From the NCBI RefSeq assembly GCF_009914755.1, contig NC_060928.1: DNA of 64,000 nt; one strand, 5' to 3'. The position numbers were made by a program, and so were the translations under genes. The notes under the pieces were generated by a model. The model was not told the DNA's origin and ran no database searches. It saw only the letters and a list, made by a program, of their open reading frames with translations. This document shows positions 40,601 through 54,343 of this stretch, piece by piece; within the stretch, counting starts at the first letter, position 1; each line of letters starts with the position of its first letter. The stretch is from the human T2T-CHM13v2.0 reference genome, Homo sapiens.

Positions 40601-43408
40601 TCAAAGTTAAAACCTCCAGCAGAGGGAAACCAGATTTCCCCCACCCCCTTGGCACATAAATACTATGTGCCACAGATATTAAGGCAGATATTCCCATCCA
40701 GGATGTCACCATGCCATGACCACCCCCTTCAGAAGCCCTAGTGACAGCTGGCTGGGGCCTACGACAGCTAGTGCCCCTGGGCCAGTGACCATAATTTCTG
40801 TGAACCCAGTATATGCTGTGCAAATGCAGTATTTTGTATGTATACCTACCACTATATGAAAAAGGATGGGATGCACTTAAGAGATATGCACAAAAAAATG
40901 CACGAAAAAGAATCAGATTCCAAAGTCCTCTAACAGGGTAGAAATGGTCTCCATGAGCAGCTTATTTAAAGATGATAGACTGGAACTATGGCATGGGCTT
41001 CAGATGCAAAGAAGGGAGAGGGTGCTAGATCAATGTTACAGAAATTGTCAAGATAGATTTAGTTCCTTTAGCAATGGAAACAGAAGAGTGGTAAGACAAG
41101 GCAGAGAAGGGGCCAGATCATTTAGGGTGGTGTAGCCGGCCCATTGTTAGAACTTCTGCATTTCTTCTGACATGGAAGTCACAGAGGTTCTGAGCACAGA
41201 ACTGGTATGATCTTGTTTTAAAGGTTTTCTCATTTCGGCTATGGTGAAGAGAACAAACTAGAGGGACAAGGGTATAGGCAGGGAGACAGAAAGCAATTTC
41301 AATAAACCAAGTGAGAAACAATGGGGCTTGGATCAAGGAAGGAGCATTGAATGTAATGTGAACTGGTGGAATTTGCAGAGATTTTGAAGTTAAAGGCAGT
41401 GGTTTGTTGCTAGACTGAATACGGAGTATAAGCAAAAGAGTCTAGAATTATTCCAAGATTTTTAGAGGAGGTTCAGAAAAGGAGGGGGTGTTTCAAAGGA
41501 GAAAACACAGAGGACAGAATTGGTGTAAAATGTAAGAATGGGACAGATAGACATATTTCAGAAAGTAGGATGTCTAAGCCCAGGACAAAAAAAGAGAATA
41601 GAATTAATTGAAGGATTCTGGAGTGAGGAGCAAAATAATGGCAAGGGTGAGAGGCAGGAAAGGTAGAAGAATGCACCAAGAAAACTTAATAGACAGGATA
41701 AGCAGATGAAAATAAACACAGAAAGGTTAATCTCAAAGTATCAACGTGCTTCCCAAAATGTATTCCTATAAGGGGCACTAGTTGACATTCTGTGTCTGTG
41801 GAGCATACAATTCTGATAGTGAGAAATAGTGAAGTCCTTGAGGAAGTGAAAACATTCTACAAACTTTCTCTTCTATTAAAAATGCCACTGGAGGAAAAAA
41901 TGTGGTATATTCACACAATGGAATATTACATAACAATGAGAATGAATGCTCTGTAATTTCATAAAATGATAATACAGATGAAACTCACAAACATAATGTG
42001 TAATGGAAGAAGCCAGAAAAAATATATAACTATATCCATGTAAAATACAAAAGCCAAGGGAAATGTATCTAGATTTTCAGAAGTCCCTACTCCTTAGAGG
42101 GAGGGAGTAACCGGGAGAGAGCAAAAGAGGGGCTTCCAGGGTTGTTGATAATCTTCCAGGTTGAGCTGGGTGATGATTACACAGCTGTCTTCAGTTAGTG
42201 AAAATTCATTGAGCTGTACTTTTCTATATTATATTTACTTCAATAAAAAGTTTTTAAAATGACATTAAACCAGCCATATTTCCTGAGTCCTGGGAAGAAC
42301 AGAGCTATCTACTTAGAGTTCTTACTACAGATTAGCATTTATCCAAAGTAAGAGCAGGAAAACATAAGAAGCTTACAGAATTCATCAAATAATCTAATTC
42401 AGCTACAAGTACCTTTGGCTAGGAAGATAGGGAAAAGCCTTGATTTCAGAGGATGGAAAAAACAACTTTCAATGGATGCTCAGTTTAAAACATGCATATG
42501 TTTTAAGGGAGATATAAACTTTTTTGTAACGTTTTTTCCCATCTCTCGGGAAATGATGTTATGCTGTGCTTCAAACAGAACTGCCAAGTTTAAGAGGCTG
42601 TTTTCTGTAAACAGGCCAGTTGAGCCGTAAGTTGCATGAAACAAGGGACAAGTGACTTCTTCAGAGAGCAGAACAGAACACCACAGGGAATTGAGAACTA
42701 TGCATCCAACAAAACCACTAGTCATTCGTCTTTATCTGGCTACATTTAATGATTTAAGAACTCTTGTTATCATATTATCATCAATCAATTACAATGATTG
42801 AGCAGCCTCTAAAAACCCAGGGTTTTTAAAATGCAACTATCCGTGACCTAAATTTCCTGCTGATTCTGTTGGCCCCAGGTTAGGCCTGTTTGTCTATCAT
42901 CAAGGGAGCCAATAAAAATAATAAAAACAGGTCAATACTGGGCTTTCCAAAGGCTTTATAAAAATATGCATACTTCTCCAACCAGTGCCAACTCAACATG
43001 TCCACTCTTTGCTTGAGCTCTTGGTAAATTCTGCCCCTAATTACAAATTACAAATATTTCACAGAATGTACACATTATCTAAAAACCTGCTTATTTTTCC
43101 TTTTTCCCTTGCTTGCTTTTTTTTTTAGTCTGGCTAAGCAACAATTTTGCAACTCTGATCAGGCAACATAAATGATGTCATTTTGCTGTATTCAGCAAAG
43201 GAGCTACATCTTGGCAAATTAGGAGATATATGAGAAGATGAGAATCTAAATTTTAGCTATCTGAATGGAGAATGTGATACTGCTGCACTCCCAAGCCTGT
43301 GCTAGAATCTGACTTCCAGGATCCACAGAACAAAGCAAAAGTCTAAACTGAATGTTTAAGGATGAAGAAAATGGCCAGTAAAAAAGGCCAGTTTAAAAGC
43401 TGTCTGTA

Positions 43409-43846
43409 ATGGGATGGCTGGGTCAAATGGTATTTCTAGTTCTAGATCCCTGAGGAATCGCGACACTGACTTCCACAATGGTTGAACTAGTTTACAGTCC
43501 CACCAACAGTGTAAAAGTGTTCCTATTTCTCCACATCCTCTCCAGCACCTGTTGTTTCCTGACTTTTTAATGATTGCCATTCTAACTGGTGTGAGATGGT
43601 ATCTCATTGTGGACACAGGAAGGGGAACGTCACACTCTGGGGACTGTTGTGGGGTGGGGGGAGTGGGGAGGGATAGCATTAGGAGATATACCTAATGCTA
43701 AATGATGAGTTAATGGGTGCAGCACACCAGCATGGCACATGTATACATACGTAACTAACCTGCACATTGTGCACATGTACCCTAAAACTTAAAGTATAAT
43801 AATAATAAAATAAAATAAAATAAAAAATAAATAAATAAATAAAAAT
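43409..43846 (+). mobile_element. Young L1PA (PA2-4-like) 5'-truncated insertion with 5' inversion
   Basis: Antisense ORF2-end segment 43409-43612, then sense 3'UTR 43610-~43800 and an A-rich tail. Perfect TSD AAAAGCTGTCTGTA (43395-43408 and 43847-43860) at a TT|AAAA site. Confidence 0.96.
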
Positions 43847-44392
43847 AAAAGCTGTCTGTAGAAATGAGGGCAGTTATCTTAAGTGCTACTTCAACCCATT
43901 TCCTATCACTTGTTTGGGAAGGAGAAGGGCATTTCAGTGGCTGAGGCCTCCAGCTACCTTATGAGAGTGACCAGCAACAGAGAAATTCTATTGGGTAACA
44001 AAGCACCATTCCTCACATTCATGACCTCCCTGCAGAAACCTGCAGGCTCAGTGGAGCCGGGACAAGGCCCTGGAGTCCTCTCCTACAAGAATCCCAGCCA
44101 GAAGCTCTGCAGGTTAGACCAGCATATTTAAAAGCAATTCTGGAATGTTCTCTGCTCCAACGGAGAAGTCTGGACAAACTCCAAAAAAGGCTTGAGTGCT
44201 GGAATCAGGGCCCAAAGTCAAAATCAGGAAGGTAGCAAATTGCCTTTAGGGGTTTCTATTTTCCTTTCTCTCACTTTGGTCCTCCCACATCCCCACCCAG
44301 AACTCACTGGCTTCTTCCAATTATCAGCAAATGAACCACCGCTCCTCTAAGAAATGAATGACTGGATGGCTGCATTTAAAAAGAGGAGAAGA

Positions 44393-44749
<357 letters not shown>

Positions 44750-45462
44750 TTAAATTTCTGGCTTGATGGTAGTTTGGCAGAATTTGGCATTGGAAGCCTT
44801 TCTGGATCTCTTGAAATAACGTTTTACAGAAATTAACTGAAGGATACTTCATCTTCTCCTCCTCTTTTAAAAATGTACTAGTATACATTCAGAAGGAACA
44901 TCTCATTTTCTTAAAGGAATAATATGAAAGGCTGTAACTGAAGACTGCTATACCTCTTAACCATAGCAAGGCATTTAGCATCTCTAGGTCTCAAGTTCCT
45001 GGTAAAAAGCAAGATAATACCACACACCTCACCAGGCTTTCATGGAAGAGAAATGAGATGAACACTCTATAAGGTACTGTATATTTGTTTTACTACTACA
45101 TTTATTACTATTTTATTACCTTCCCCAAAAGGATGCTTCTATTTATTTAGAGAGAGGCCTGGTGTGCGAGGTATATTTATGTTCCTCTAAAGATTCACCT
45201 GCCCACTGCCCCCAACTGCTGAGTCTTGGCCACTTGTTCCATGGAGCCCCTGAGTGACTGCTGCACTGCCTCACCCCTACACAGCCAACTCCTTCAGACT
45301 CCCCTCAGGACAACCTTGACATGGTTACATCACACCCATATGATGTGCGCCACAGTAGCTCTACGTGCCTAGGTCCAGCCAGCTAGTCCCACAAAGGCTC
45401 TGGCTTCCATTGTAGCCACCTAGAAGACCCAGAGAATACCATCTAGAAGTAAGGGCAGTATT

Positions 45463-45781
45463 GGCAGAATGTGGTGTCTCATGCCTGTAATCCCAGCACT
45501 GTGGGAGGCCAAGGCGGGCAGATAACTGGAGATGAGGTGTTCAAGACCAGATTGGCCAACATGGCAAAACCCCGTTTCCACTAAAAATACAAAAATTAGC
45601 CGGGTGTGGTGGCATGCCTGTAGTTCCGGCCACTCAGGAGGCTAAGGCAGGAGAATCACTTGAACCTGGAGGGGGAGGTTGCAGTGAGCCGAGATCACGC
45701 CATTGCAGCCTGGGCGAAAAAGCGAGACTCTGGAGTCTCAAAAAAAAAAAAAAAAAAGAAGAAGAAGAAGAAGAAGAAGAA
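45463..45781 (+). mobile_element. AluS with an A18(GAA)8 tail
   Basis: Alu body; TSD AAGGGCAGT on both sides. Confidence 0.9.
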
Positions 45782-46399
45782 GGGCAGTGTAGTCATTCCT
45801 TAGGAGAAACTTTAAGACCAATGAGAAAGAAGAAGACTAGAAAGAACTAACAGATAAATTCCTCACCAGCTTCTCCCTTACAAATGATTCTAAGTAGCAA
45901 CAATGCTATAACAAGTCTTTTCAGAGTTGACCCCATGACTGAAAAAGTTGTGTTTTGTGGAGCACTGGCTGGCTTGGCAGTGCAGCCCCTGGAATGCGCT
46001 TTTCTTCCATCCCTAACTCACTCTCCTTGTTCCCTTACTCTTGCTGCTCCTGGATTCCACCTACTTTTCCTTTTAAGCGTTACCATAAAAATTTTGCATC
46101 AACTCTGTTTCCTAGGAAAACAGGATGAAGATACTTGGAGGATGGCACAAAGGTGAATTAGGCAAATAGAAGCTTCCTGATGCCACTGAACTGTTTGAGT
46201 TTGAGTGGGTTTGTGTACGTGTGCACGCACTGTCTCTTCAACTGTATACTTGCATAAATTTTGGAATATTGAATCCTTGAAGAAAGGGAAAGAAAATCCT
46301 TGCCTATCTTTATATAATTAATGAAAAACAAACATTAACCAGCCTGATTTTTTAAAAAAGAATCTCCTTATTGTTTTATAGATCATGGAGCTGTAATCT

Positions 46400-46795
46400 C
46401 AGAGATCCATGGCATGCAATGGAATCTCCACTCCTTGCACTGACTTGCACGACCCTACATGACCAGCTTTGCCTTCCTCTCCTTTTATCCAATACCACTC
46501 CTGCTCCCACCCTGACTCTTCCCTTGTTTGCTCCAGCCACACTGGCCTCCATTCACCCAATTACCCTTCTCTGGTTTATATTTCTCTATAGTCCTTTTCA
46601 CCATCCATCTTACTATAGGTTTTACTTATTTACTTTGTTTATTGTCCGTCTGATTTCACTAAAACACTCACGGAGACCAGGATTGTTGAATGTTTGAGTG
46701 TTTTGCTCACTGCTGTAGCCCCAGTGTCTAAAACATACTTGATATATAGCAGGAAATCAAACTTTATTGAATGAATGGATGACTGAATAAATGAA
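46400..46795 (+). mobile_element. L2 3' fragment
   Basis: GTTTTGCTCACTGCTGTAGCCCCAGTGTCTAAAACA...TTATTGAATGAATGGATGACTGAATAAATGA tail. Confidence 0.65.
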
Positions 46796-46851
46796 GTCTC
46801 TAAATACTGACCCCTACAAGATATGATTTTCTCCATCTCTTCTCAGATGTA

Positions 46852-47195
46852 GTTTTTTAAATTGTTGCAGTAAAATATACATAACATAGAATTTGCTATC
46901 TTTATTAGTTTAAGTGTACTTTCTGTCTGTATAAATTTGACTATTCTAGGTACCACATATAAGTGGTAACATACAATATTCATCCTTTAGTGTCTGGCCT
47001 ATGTTATTTAGCATGTCTTAAAAATTCATCCATGTTGTAGCATGTGTCAGAGTTTCACTCCTGTTTAAGGCTGAATAATATTCCACTGTATGTATATACT
47101 ACATATTGTTTATTGATTCATTTGTCAATGAATATTTAAATTGTCTCTACTTTTCAGATATCGTGAATAATGCTGCTATAAACATTGATGTATCA
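46852..47195 (-). mobile_element. Old L1 (L1MB-like) 3' fragment
   Basis: TTCATCCATGTTGTAGCATGTGTCAG...GCTGAATAATATTCC...GTGAATAATGCTGCTATAAACATT. Confidence 0.78.
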
Positions 47196-48237
47196 GATAT
47201 CTTTATAAAGAGGTAGAGATGTATCTGTATATCTTTTTGATATAAAGAAAAAAACAGGAGGCGACCTCAGAGGTCATGACATTTAATCTTTGTCAATATA
47301 CAATCTTTCTTTGCTTTTGTGGCAAAAAGGAAAAAAAATCTGTGAAACAAACCGGCTGCTTGCTAGGTAGAAATCATTCACTTTGCATTGGAAATGGCTG
47401 GTATACCTTCACTTCATGTGTTTGAAATGGACCTGCCTTATAAGGAGGTACATAGAGAGATTGGAGGGCTCAAAGACATAAAAAAAGAGACAAATTTTGA
47501 AGTTACAAGAAAAAAAGTGAGACAAACATAAACCGATTCTCTAGATTAAAAATGGTAAAGCTAGTGAAAATGAGGAAGAAAGATTATGGTAACCTGAAGT
47601 AAAATAAAGTATTTTCCCTATTCCTGCTGCAAGTGGTAATATACAAACACAGAAAGCAAAATGGTACCCATCCACAACCAAGGCAGCCAGCAATCAAGCA
47701 ATCAACACTTGGATTAAAGATAACACAAGGACCAGAGATCATTCTGAGGATCAAAAGATGGTGTAATATCAAAAATGCCCACCAAAAAAAAAAAAAAAAA
47801 GGACTCCACATACTGAATTCTTTGTAATCTAGGTCCACATAACAAGATAAAGCATTTGGTAGCATTTGGGAATAAGAGGATAGGGCTGTGAATAGGAGGG
47901 ATAGAGGACCTGTGATTTCATTAAACTAAGTCAGGGGCCTTTACCTCCTATGAGAAGATCAGTATGTGATACCATTAATCATCTCTTCTTCAGATAAACC
48001 TTTCTAACCTGCTCCATCTAACAACAGCCCCTTTGCCTAGACTTCCTCATCTCCCCCTTTCTTTACCGGACAATTCCTACTTACTCTTTAATACCCAATT
48101 CATATGTCCCTTCCTTTGTGAAGTCTTCCCAGACTGGTCAGATCCTCAGCATCACAGACACAGATGCTCCCTACTGCGTATACCCAGAATACTCTGTAGC
48201 CTTTTCTACTCTAGGACTTAGCCTACCACCTTACAAT

Positions 48238-48325
48238 GATTTCCAGACATTTATTTTCTCATTAGGCTAATGTGTCCAAAGGATTTCCAGACATGTATTT
48301 TCTCATTAGGCTAATGTGTCCAAAG
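48238..48325 (+). repeat. 44-bp tandem duplication (1 mismatch)
   Basis: GATTTCCAGACAT(T/G)TATTTTCTCATTAGGCTAATGTGTCCAAAG x2. Confidence 0.95.
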
Positions 48326-50046
48326 CACGTGACTCATTTATTTGAAGGTTATAATCTTGTGGTAACTGACCCAATAGAATTTGAAGAATGATGCAAGGGA
48401 CAAATCTAACTTACGGAGAATACTGAATATTGAGCAGGAACATTGATAATAACCAAAGTACAAATAATGGATCCAAAATTCCAACCCTAAAACATAGTTA
48501 CATTTTAAGATATCTAGCTCCTAGGCTTTTTCTGATGCTACTTAATGAGATAGTCCGTATATATAATCCAACAAGTGAATCAAAACACTTGATTTAGGTT
48601 TTAATTTTGTTTAAAAATGATCTAAAAATACATGAGAACCTAGGATAAAGACAATGACAAATGCTAAACTTTGCAGTAATTATACTGTCCACCAAAACCA
48701 AGAGGAAAGAGGAGCAGTTCTTTCTTCATATAAGACTAATCTCTGTACTTGCAATGTTTCTGCCCATGAAAGCACTTCATTATTCAAAATTTTCAAGGTT
48801 AATTATGCTATATATTTTATTTTCTGAAAAACACAGATTATTAGGGAGCCATGTGCAAAATGAATAATTAAAGGTAGACTTCAGTGTCTTGGAGTAATAT
48901 GAGGCTGGATATTATGACGGACCCTCTTGCTACAATAATATATATACCACACACAATACAATAATATATAAATGACAGTAAATGTACTTTTTAATTCACT
49001 GCTGACTTGTAAGGAAAATCCGCATAGGCCAAATAAGTAAAACAAAAACCAACCAGTGAGCTGAAATCAGACTTTAGATAACAAGCCAACAAAAAGCTGG
49101 CATTGCCTTGGGGAAACTACTGGCTTCCTTGCAGGAATCCAGAAATTTGGACTTGGGTTGCCTTACAGGTGGGAGAACTGAATCTGCAATTCATCTGTTC
49201 ATTCAGGACCCCAAAGTGAGCTAAAGCAGTGGCAGATTGGTAGTGTCCCTAGTGACCCCTTAGCTTCAAAGGAGAAGCCAAGCCAAATGCTCTTTGAAGG
49301 AAACCACCCCTGATTTAGGCCTGCAGAAGTACCAAAGATTATTCTTCCAGATAAGAGCTCACAACTCAAACCCATGAAACACAAAAAAGCAAGTCATGAA
49401 TGAGTCAACAGACATATCATAGAGCAGATTCAAATCCCACTGACTTCAATAGTGGAATTATTAATGAATATAAACTATATATAAAATGTGCCACAAAATA
49501 AAAGATGAAAGCAAAATAATTAAGTCGGAAATAGGACACTATCAAAAGTAACCTGAACATTTTTTATTATAGATTGATATATTATAGTTGTACATATTTA
49601 TTGGGTACAAAGTGATGTTATGATATATGTATAGAATGTGAAATTATTAAATCAAGTTAGCTAACATATTCATGATCTCAAATACTAATAATTTTTTTGT
49701 GGTGAGAACATTTGAAATTTACTCTCAGTAATTTTGAAATATATAGTATGTTAGTATTACTATAGTCACCACACTGTGCAACAGATCTCAAAAAACATAT
49801 TCTTCCTGTCTAAACTGAAACTTTGTATCTTTTGACCAATATCTCTTCATTCTCTCCATGCCTCAGTCTCTGATAACTACCATTCTACTCTCTGCTTTTA
49901 TGAGTTCAGTTATTTTAGATTCCACATATAAGTGAGATGATGTGGTATTTGTTTCTGTGCTTGGCTTATTTCACTTGACATAATGTACACCAGGTTCATC
50001 CATGTTGTCGCAAATGAATGATTCCCTTCTTTTTTAAGAATGCATA

Positions 50047-50343
50047 GGCCGGGCGTGGTGGCTCACGCCTGTAATCCCAGCACTTTGGGAGGCTGAGGCG
50101 GGCAGATCACCTGAGGTCAGGGGTTCAAGACCAGCCTGGCCAACATGGCGAAACCCCATCTCTACTAAAAATACAAAAATTAGCTGGGCGCCTGTAATCC
50201 CAGCTACTCGGGAGGCCGAGGCAAGAGAATCTCTTGAACCTGGGAGGCAGTTTTCAGTGAGCCGAGATGGCACCACTCTATTCCAGCCTGGGTGACAGAG
50301 CGAGACTCTGACTCAAAAAATAAAAAAATAAAAAATAAAAAAA
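50047..50343 (+). mobile_element. AluSx-like inserted in the old L1
   Basis: TSD AAGAATG(C/A)ATAG; short deletion at the start of the right arm. Confidence 0.93.
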
Positions 50344-52910
50344 GAATGAATAGTATTTCATTGTGTACATATATACCATGTTTTCTTTATCTGTCCATCT
50401 ATTGATGAACATGCAGGCTGATTCCATAACTTGGCTACTGTGAATAACCCTGCAATGAACATGAGAGTGCAGGTATCTCTTCAACATGGCAATTTCGTTT
50501 GCTTTGGATATATACCCAAAGTGGTATTGCTGGATAATATGGTAATTCAAAATATTTTAAGGAGCCTTTGTATAGTTTTCTATAACGGCTGTATGAATTT
50601 ACATTCCCATCAACAGTGCGTACAGATTCCCTTTTCTCCACATCCTCGCCCACACATCTTTTTTTGTTGTTTTAATAATAGCCATTCTAATACAATCATA
50701 TCTCATTGTGGTTTTAACTTGTTTTCCTAATGATTAGTGATTTGGGGCATGTTTTTCATTTTCTTTGTTGGTCATTTGTACATCTTCTTTTGAGAAATAT
50801 CTGTTCAGGTCCCATTCCCATTCGTTAATTGGATTGTTTCTTACCATTGAGATGTTTCGGTTCCTTAAATATTCTGGATATTACAGATGTATCCAGTGCA
50901 TGGCTTGCAAATATTTTCTCCCAGTCTCTCTAGGTCGCTTCTTCACTCTGTTAATTGTTTCCTTTACTATGTAGAAGCTTTTTTAATTTGATGTAATCCT
51001 ATTTATCTATTTTGTTGCTGGAGTTTTTGGGGTCAAATACAGAAACTCATTGCCCAGACAAAGGTAGTGTGGTTTTTCTTGCATGTTTTCTTGTAGTCAT
51101 TTTATGGTTTCAGGTCTAACATTTAGTGTCTAACTCATTTTCAGTTGATTTTTGTATATGGTGTGAGATATACAAAACTGTTCAGTTTCATTCTTTTGCA
51201 TGAGATACACAGTTTTCCCAGCACCTTTAATTGAAGACACCATCCTTTTTCCCACTGTGTGGATTGGGCATCTTTGGCAAAAATCAATTTTCTGAAAATG
51301 CATTGGTTCATTTCTAGATTCTCTATTTCATTTCAACCATCAATGTATCTATTTTTAGGCCAGTATCATGCTATTGTAATTACTGTAGATTTGTAAAATA
51401 GTTTGAAAGCAAGTAGTGCAGCGCCTCCAGCTTTGTTCTTTTTTACTCAAGATTGTCTTGGCTATTTGAGTTTTTATGTTGTTTCATATCAATTTTAGAA
51501 TGTTTTTGCTATTTCTGTGAAAAATGCCATTGGAAATTTGATAGAAATTGCACTGAATCTGTAGATTGCCTTGGGTCATATGAACATTTTAACAATATTA
51601 ATTCTTCCAATACATGAGCGTGAAATAATTTTCCATTTATTTGAGTCTTCTTCTATTATTTTCATCAATGTCTTATTCTTTTCAGTGAATAGATCTTTCA
51701 CATTCTTGGATAAAATTATTCCTAGGTATTTTTTTATAGCTATTGTAAATGGGATTGTCTTCTTGATTTCCTTTTCTGTTAGTTAGCTGTTGGTGTATAG
51801 AAATGCTACTCATTTTTCTGTGTTGATTTTGTAACCTGCAACTTTACTGAATTCATGTATTAGTTCTAACAGCTTTTAGTGAAATCTTTAGGGTTTTCTA
51901 TACATGAGATCATGTCATCAACAATCAGTGACAATTTCACTTTATTCCCTATTTTGATGCCTTCTGTTTCTTTCTCTTCTCTAATTGATCTGATAAGGAC
52001 TTCCAGTACTATGCTAAATAGAAGTGGTGACTGTGTATATCCTTGTCTTGTTCCTGACCTTAGAAGAGAAGCTTTCAACTTTTCACCACTGAGTAAAATG
52101 TTAGCTGTGAGCTTGCCTTTCTTGTGTTGAGGTACCCTTCTACTAGACCTAATTTGATGAGAGTTCTTATTGTAAAAGGATGTTGGCTTTGTCAAATGTT
52201 TTTTCTGCATCTAATAAGATGATCATAGGGTTTTTAACCTTCATTCTGTTAATGTGCTATTTCACATTTTTCGATTTGCATATATTGAACCATGCTTGCA
52301 TCCCAGGGATAAATCCAACTTGTTCATTGTGAATTATCCTTTTGGTATATTGTTGAATTCAGTTTGCTACTACTGCATTTTGTTAAGAATGATTGTGTCT
52401 GTGTTCAACAGAGATATCAACCTATTATTCTCTTTCCTGGTAATTTCCTTCTCTGGCTTTGGTACCAAGATACGAGTTTGGAATTATTCCCTTCTCTACA
52501 ATTTTTTCAAAGAGTTTGGGAAGGATTGGCATTAGTTCTTTTTTAAATGTTTGGTAGAATTCAGCAATAAAGCCATCAGGTCCTGGGCTTTTCTTTGATG
52601 GGAGAGATTTTATTATTGATTCAATTTTCTTACTTGTTATTAACTGTTCAGATTTTTTATTTCTTCATGATAGTAGGTTGTATGTGTCTAGGAATGTATC
52701 AGTTTCTTCTAGGTTATCCCATTTGTTGCTGTATAATTGTTCATGGTAATCTCTTATGATTCTTTGTATTTCTGTGGTATCACCTTCAATGTCTTCTCGT
52801 TAATTTCTGATTTTATTTTAATCTTCTCTCTCATTTTCTTAGTTTAGCTAGGGGTTTGTCAATTTCAGCTATCTTTTCAAAAAATCTGCTCTTAATGTCA
52901 TTGATTTGAT

Positions 52911-53255
52911 TATTTATTTATTTATTTATTTTTATTTTTATTTTATTTATTTATTTATTATTTATTATTTATTTATTGAGACAGAGTCTCACTCTGTCAC
53001 CAGGCTGGAGTGCAGTGGTGTGATCTTCGGCTCACTGCAACCTTCATCTCCTGGGTTCAACTGATTCTCCTGCTGCAGCCTCCCATGTAGCTGGGACTAC
53101 AGGCACGCACCACCACACCCAGCTAATTTTTGTATTTTTAGTAGACAGGTTTTCACCTTGTTGGCCAGGATGGTCTCAATCTCCTGACCTTGTGATCTGC
53201 CTGTCTCAGCCTCCCAAAGTGCTGGGATTACAGGCGTGAGCCACCACACCTGGCC
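52911..53255 (-). mobile_element. AluS with a (TTTA)n tail inserted in the old L1
   Basis: TSD TGTCATTGATTT on both sides. Confidence 0.92.
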
Positions 53256-54109
53256 CTGTCATTGATTTTATTGCTTGTTTAGTCTCTATTCCATTTATTT
53301 ATGCTGTAATCTTTGTTAATTCCTTTCTTCTGCTAACTTTTGGCTTAGTTTGTTCTTTTCTAGTTCCTTGAGATAAAACATTAGGTTGTTTATTTCAGAT
53401 CTTTCTTCTTTGTTTGATATAGGTGTTTATTGCTATAAACTTCCCTATTAGAGCTACTTTTACTGTATCCATTAAGTTTTGGTATATTGTTTGTCCACTT
53501 TCATTTTTCTCAGGACATTTTTTCATTTTTGTTTTGATTTCTTCTTTGACCCATTGGTTGGTCAGGAGCATGTTGTTTAACTTCCACATATTTGTAAATT
53601 TCCCAAGATTTTTCCTGTTACTGATTTCTAGTTTTATATCATCATAATCAGAAAGATACTTGATATAATTTCAGTCCCCTAAGTTTATTCAGACTTGTTT
53701 TGTGGCCCAATATATGATCTATCCTGAAGAATATTTCATGTGCAGTTGAAAAGAATGTGCATTCTGTTGCTGCTGCAGGTAATGTCCTATGTAAGTTTGT
53801 TAGGTCTACTTGGTCTAAAGTGTAGTTCAAGACCAATGTTTCCTTATTAATTTCCTCTCTGGATAATCTGTCCCTTGAAAGTCAGGTACTGAGGTCTCCC
53901 ACTATTACTGAATTGCAATTTATTATATCTCTCCCTTCATATCCTTTAATATTTAATATTTACTTTATATTTAGGTGCTTCAATGTTAGGTACAATATAT
54001 TTATAACAGTTATATTCTCTTGTTGAATCTACCTTTTTATCACTGTATAATGTACTTCTTTGTCTCTTTACAGTTTTTGACTTAAAGTCTATTTTGTCTA
54101 ATATAAGTA

Positions 54110-54343
54110 CAGATGCCCCTTAACTTGTAATAGGATTATATCCTGATAAATCCATCATAAGTTGAAAATATTATAAACAATGTAAATCAAAAGTGCATTT
54201 TTGACTTAAAATATTTTCAACTTACCATGGATTTATCAGGATGTGCTCCATCATAAGCCAAGAAGTGTACTGAATATGCATTGCTTTTGCACCCTGATAA
54301 AGTCAAAAAATCATAAGTCAATCAAAAGTCAGGGACCATTTGT
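54110..54343 (+). mobile_element. MER47-like Tigger MITE
   Basis: TA|CAGATGCCCCTTAACTT ... AAGTCAGGGACCATTTG|TA: inverted termini with TA TSD. Confidence 0.75.
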
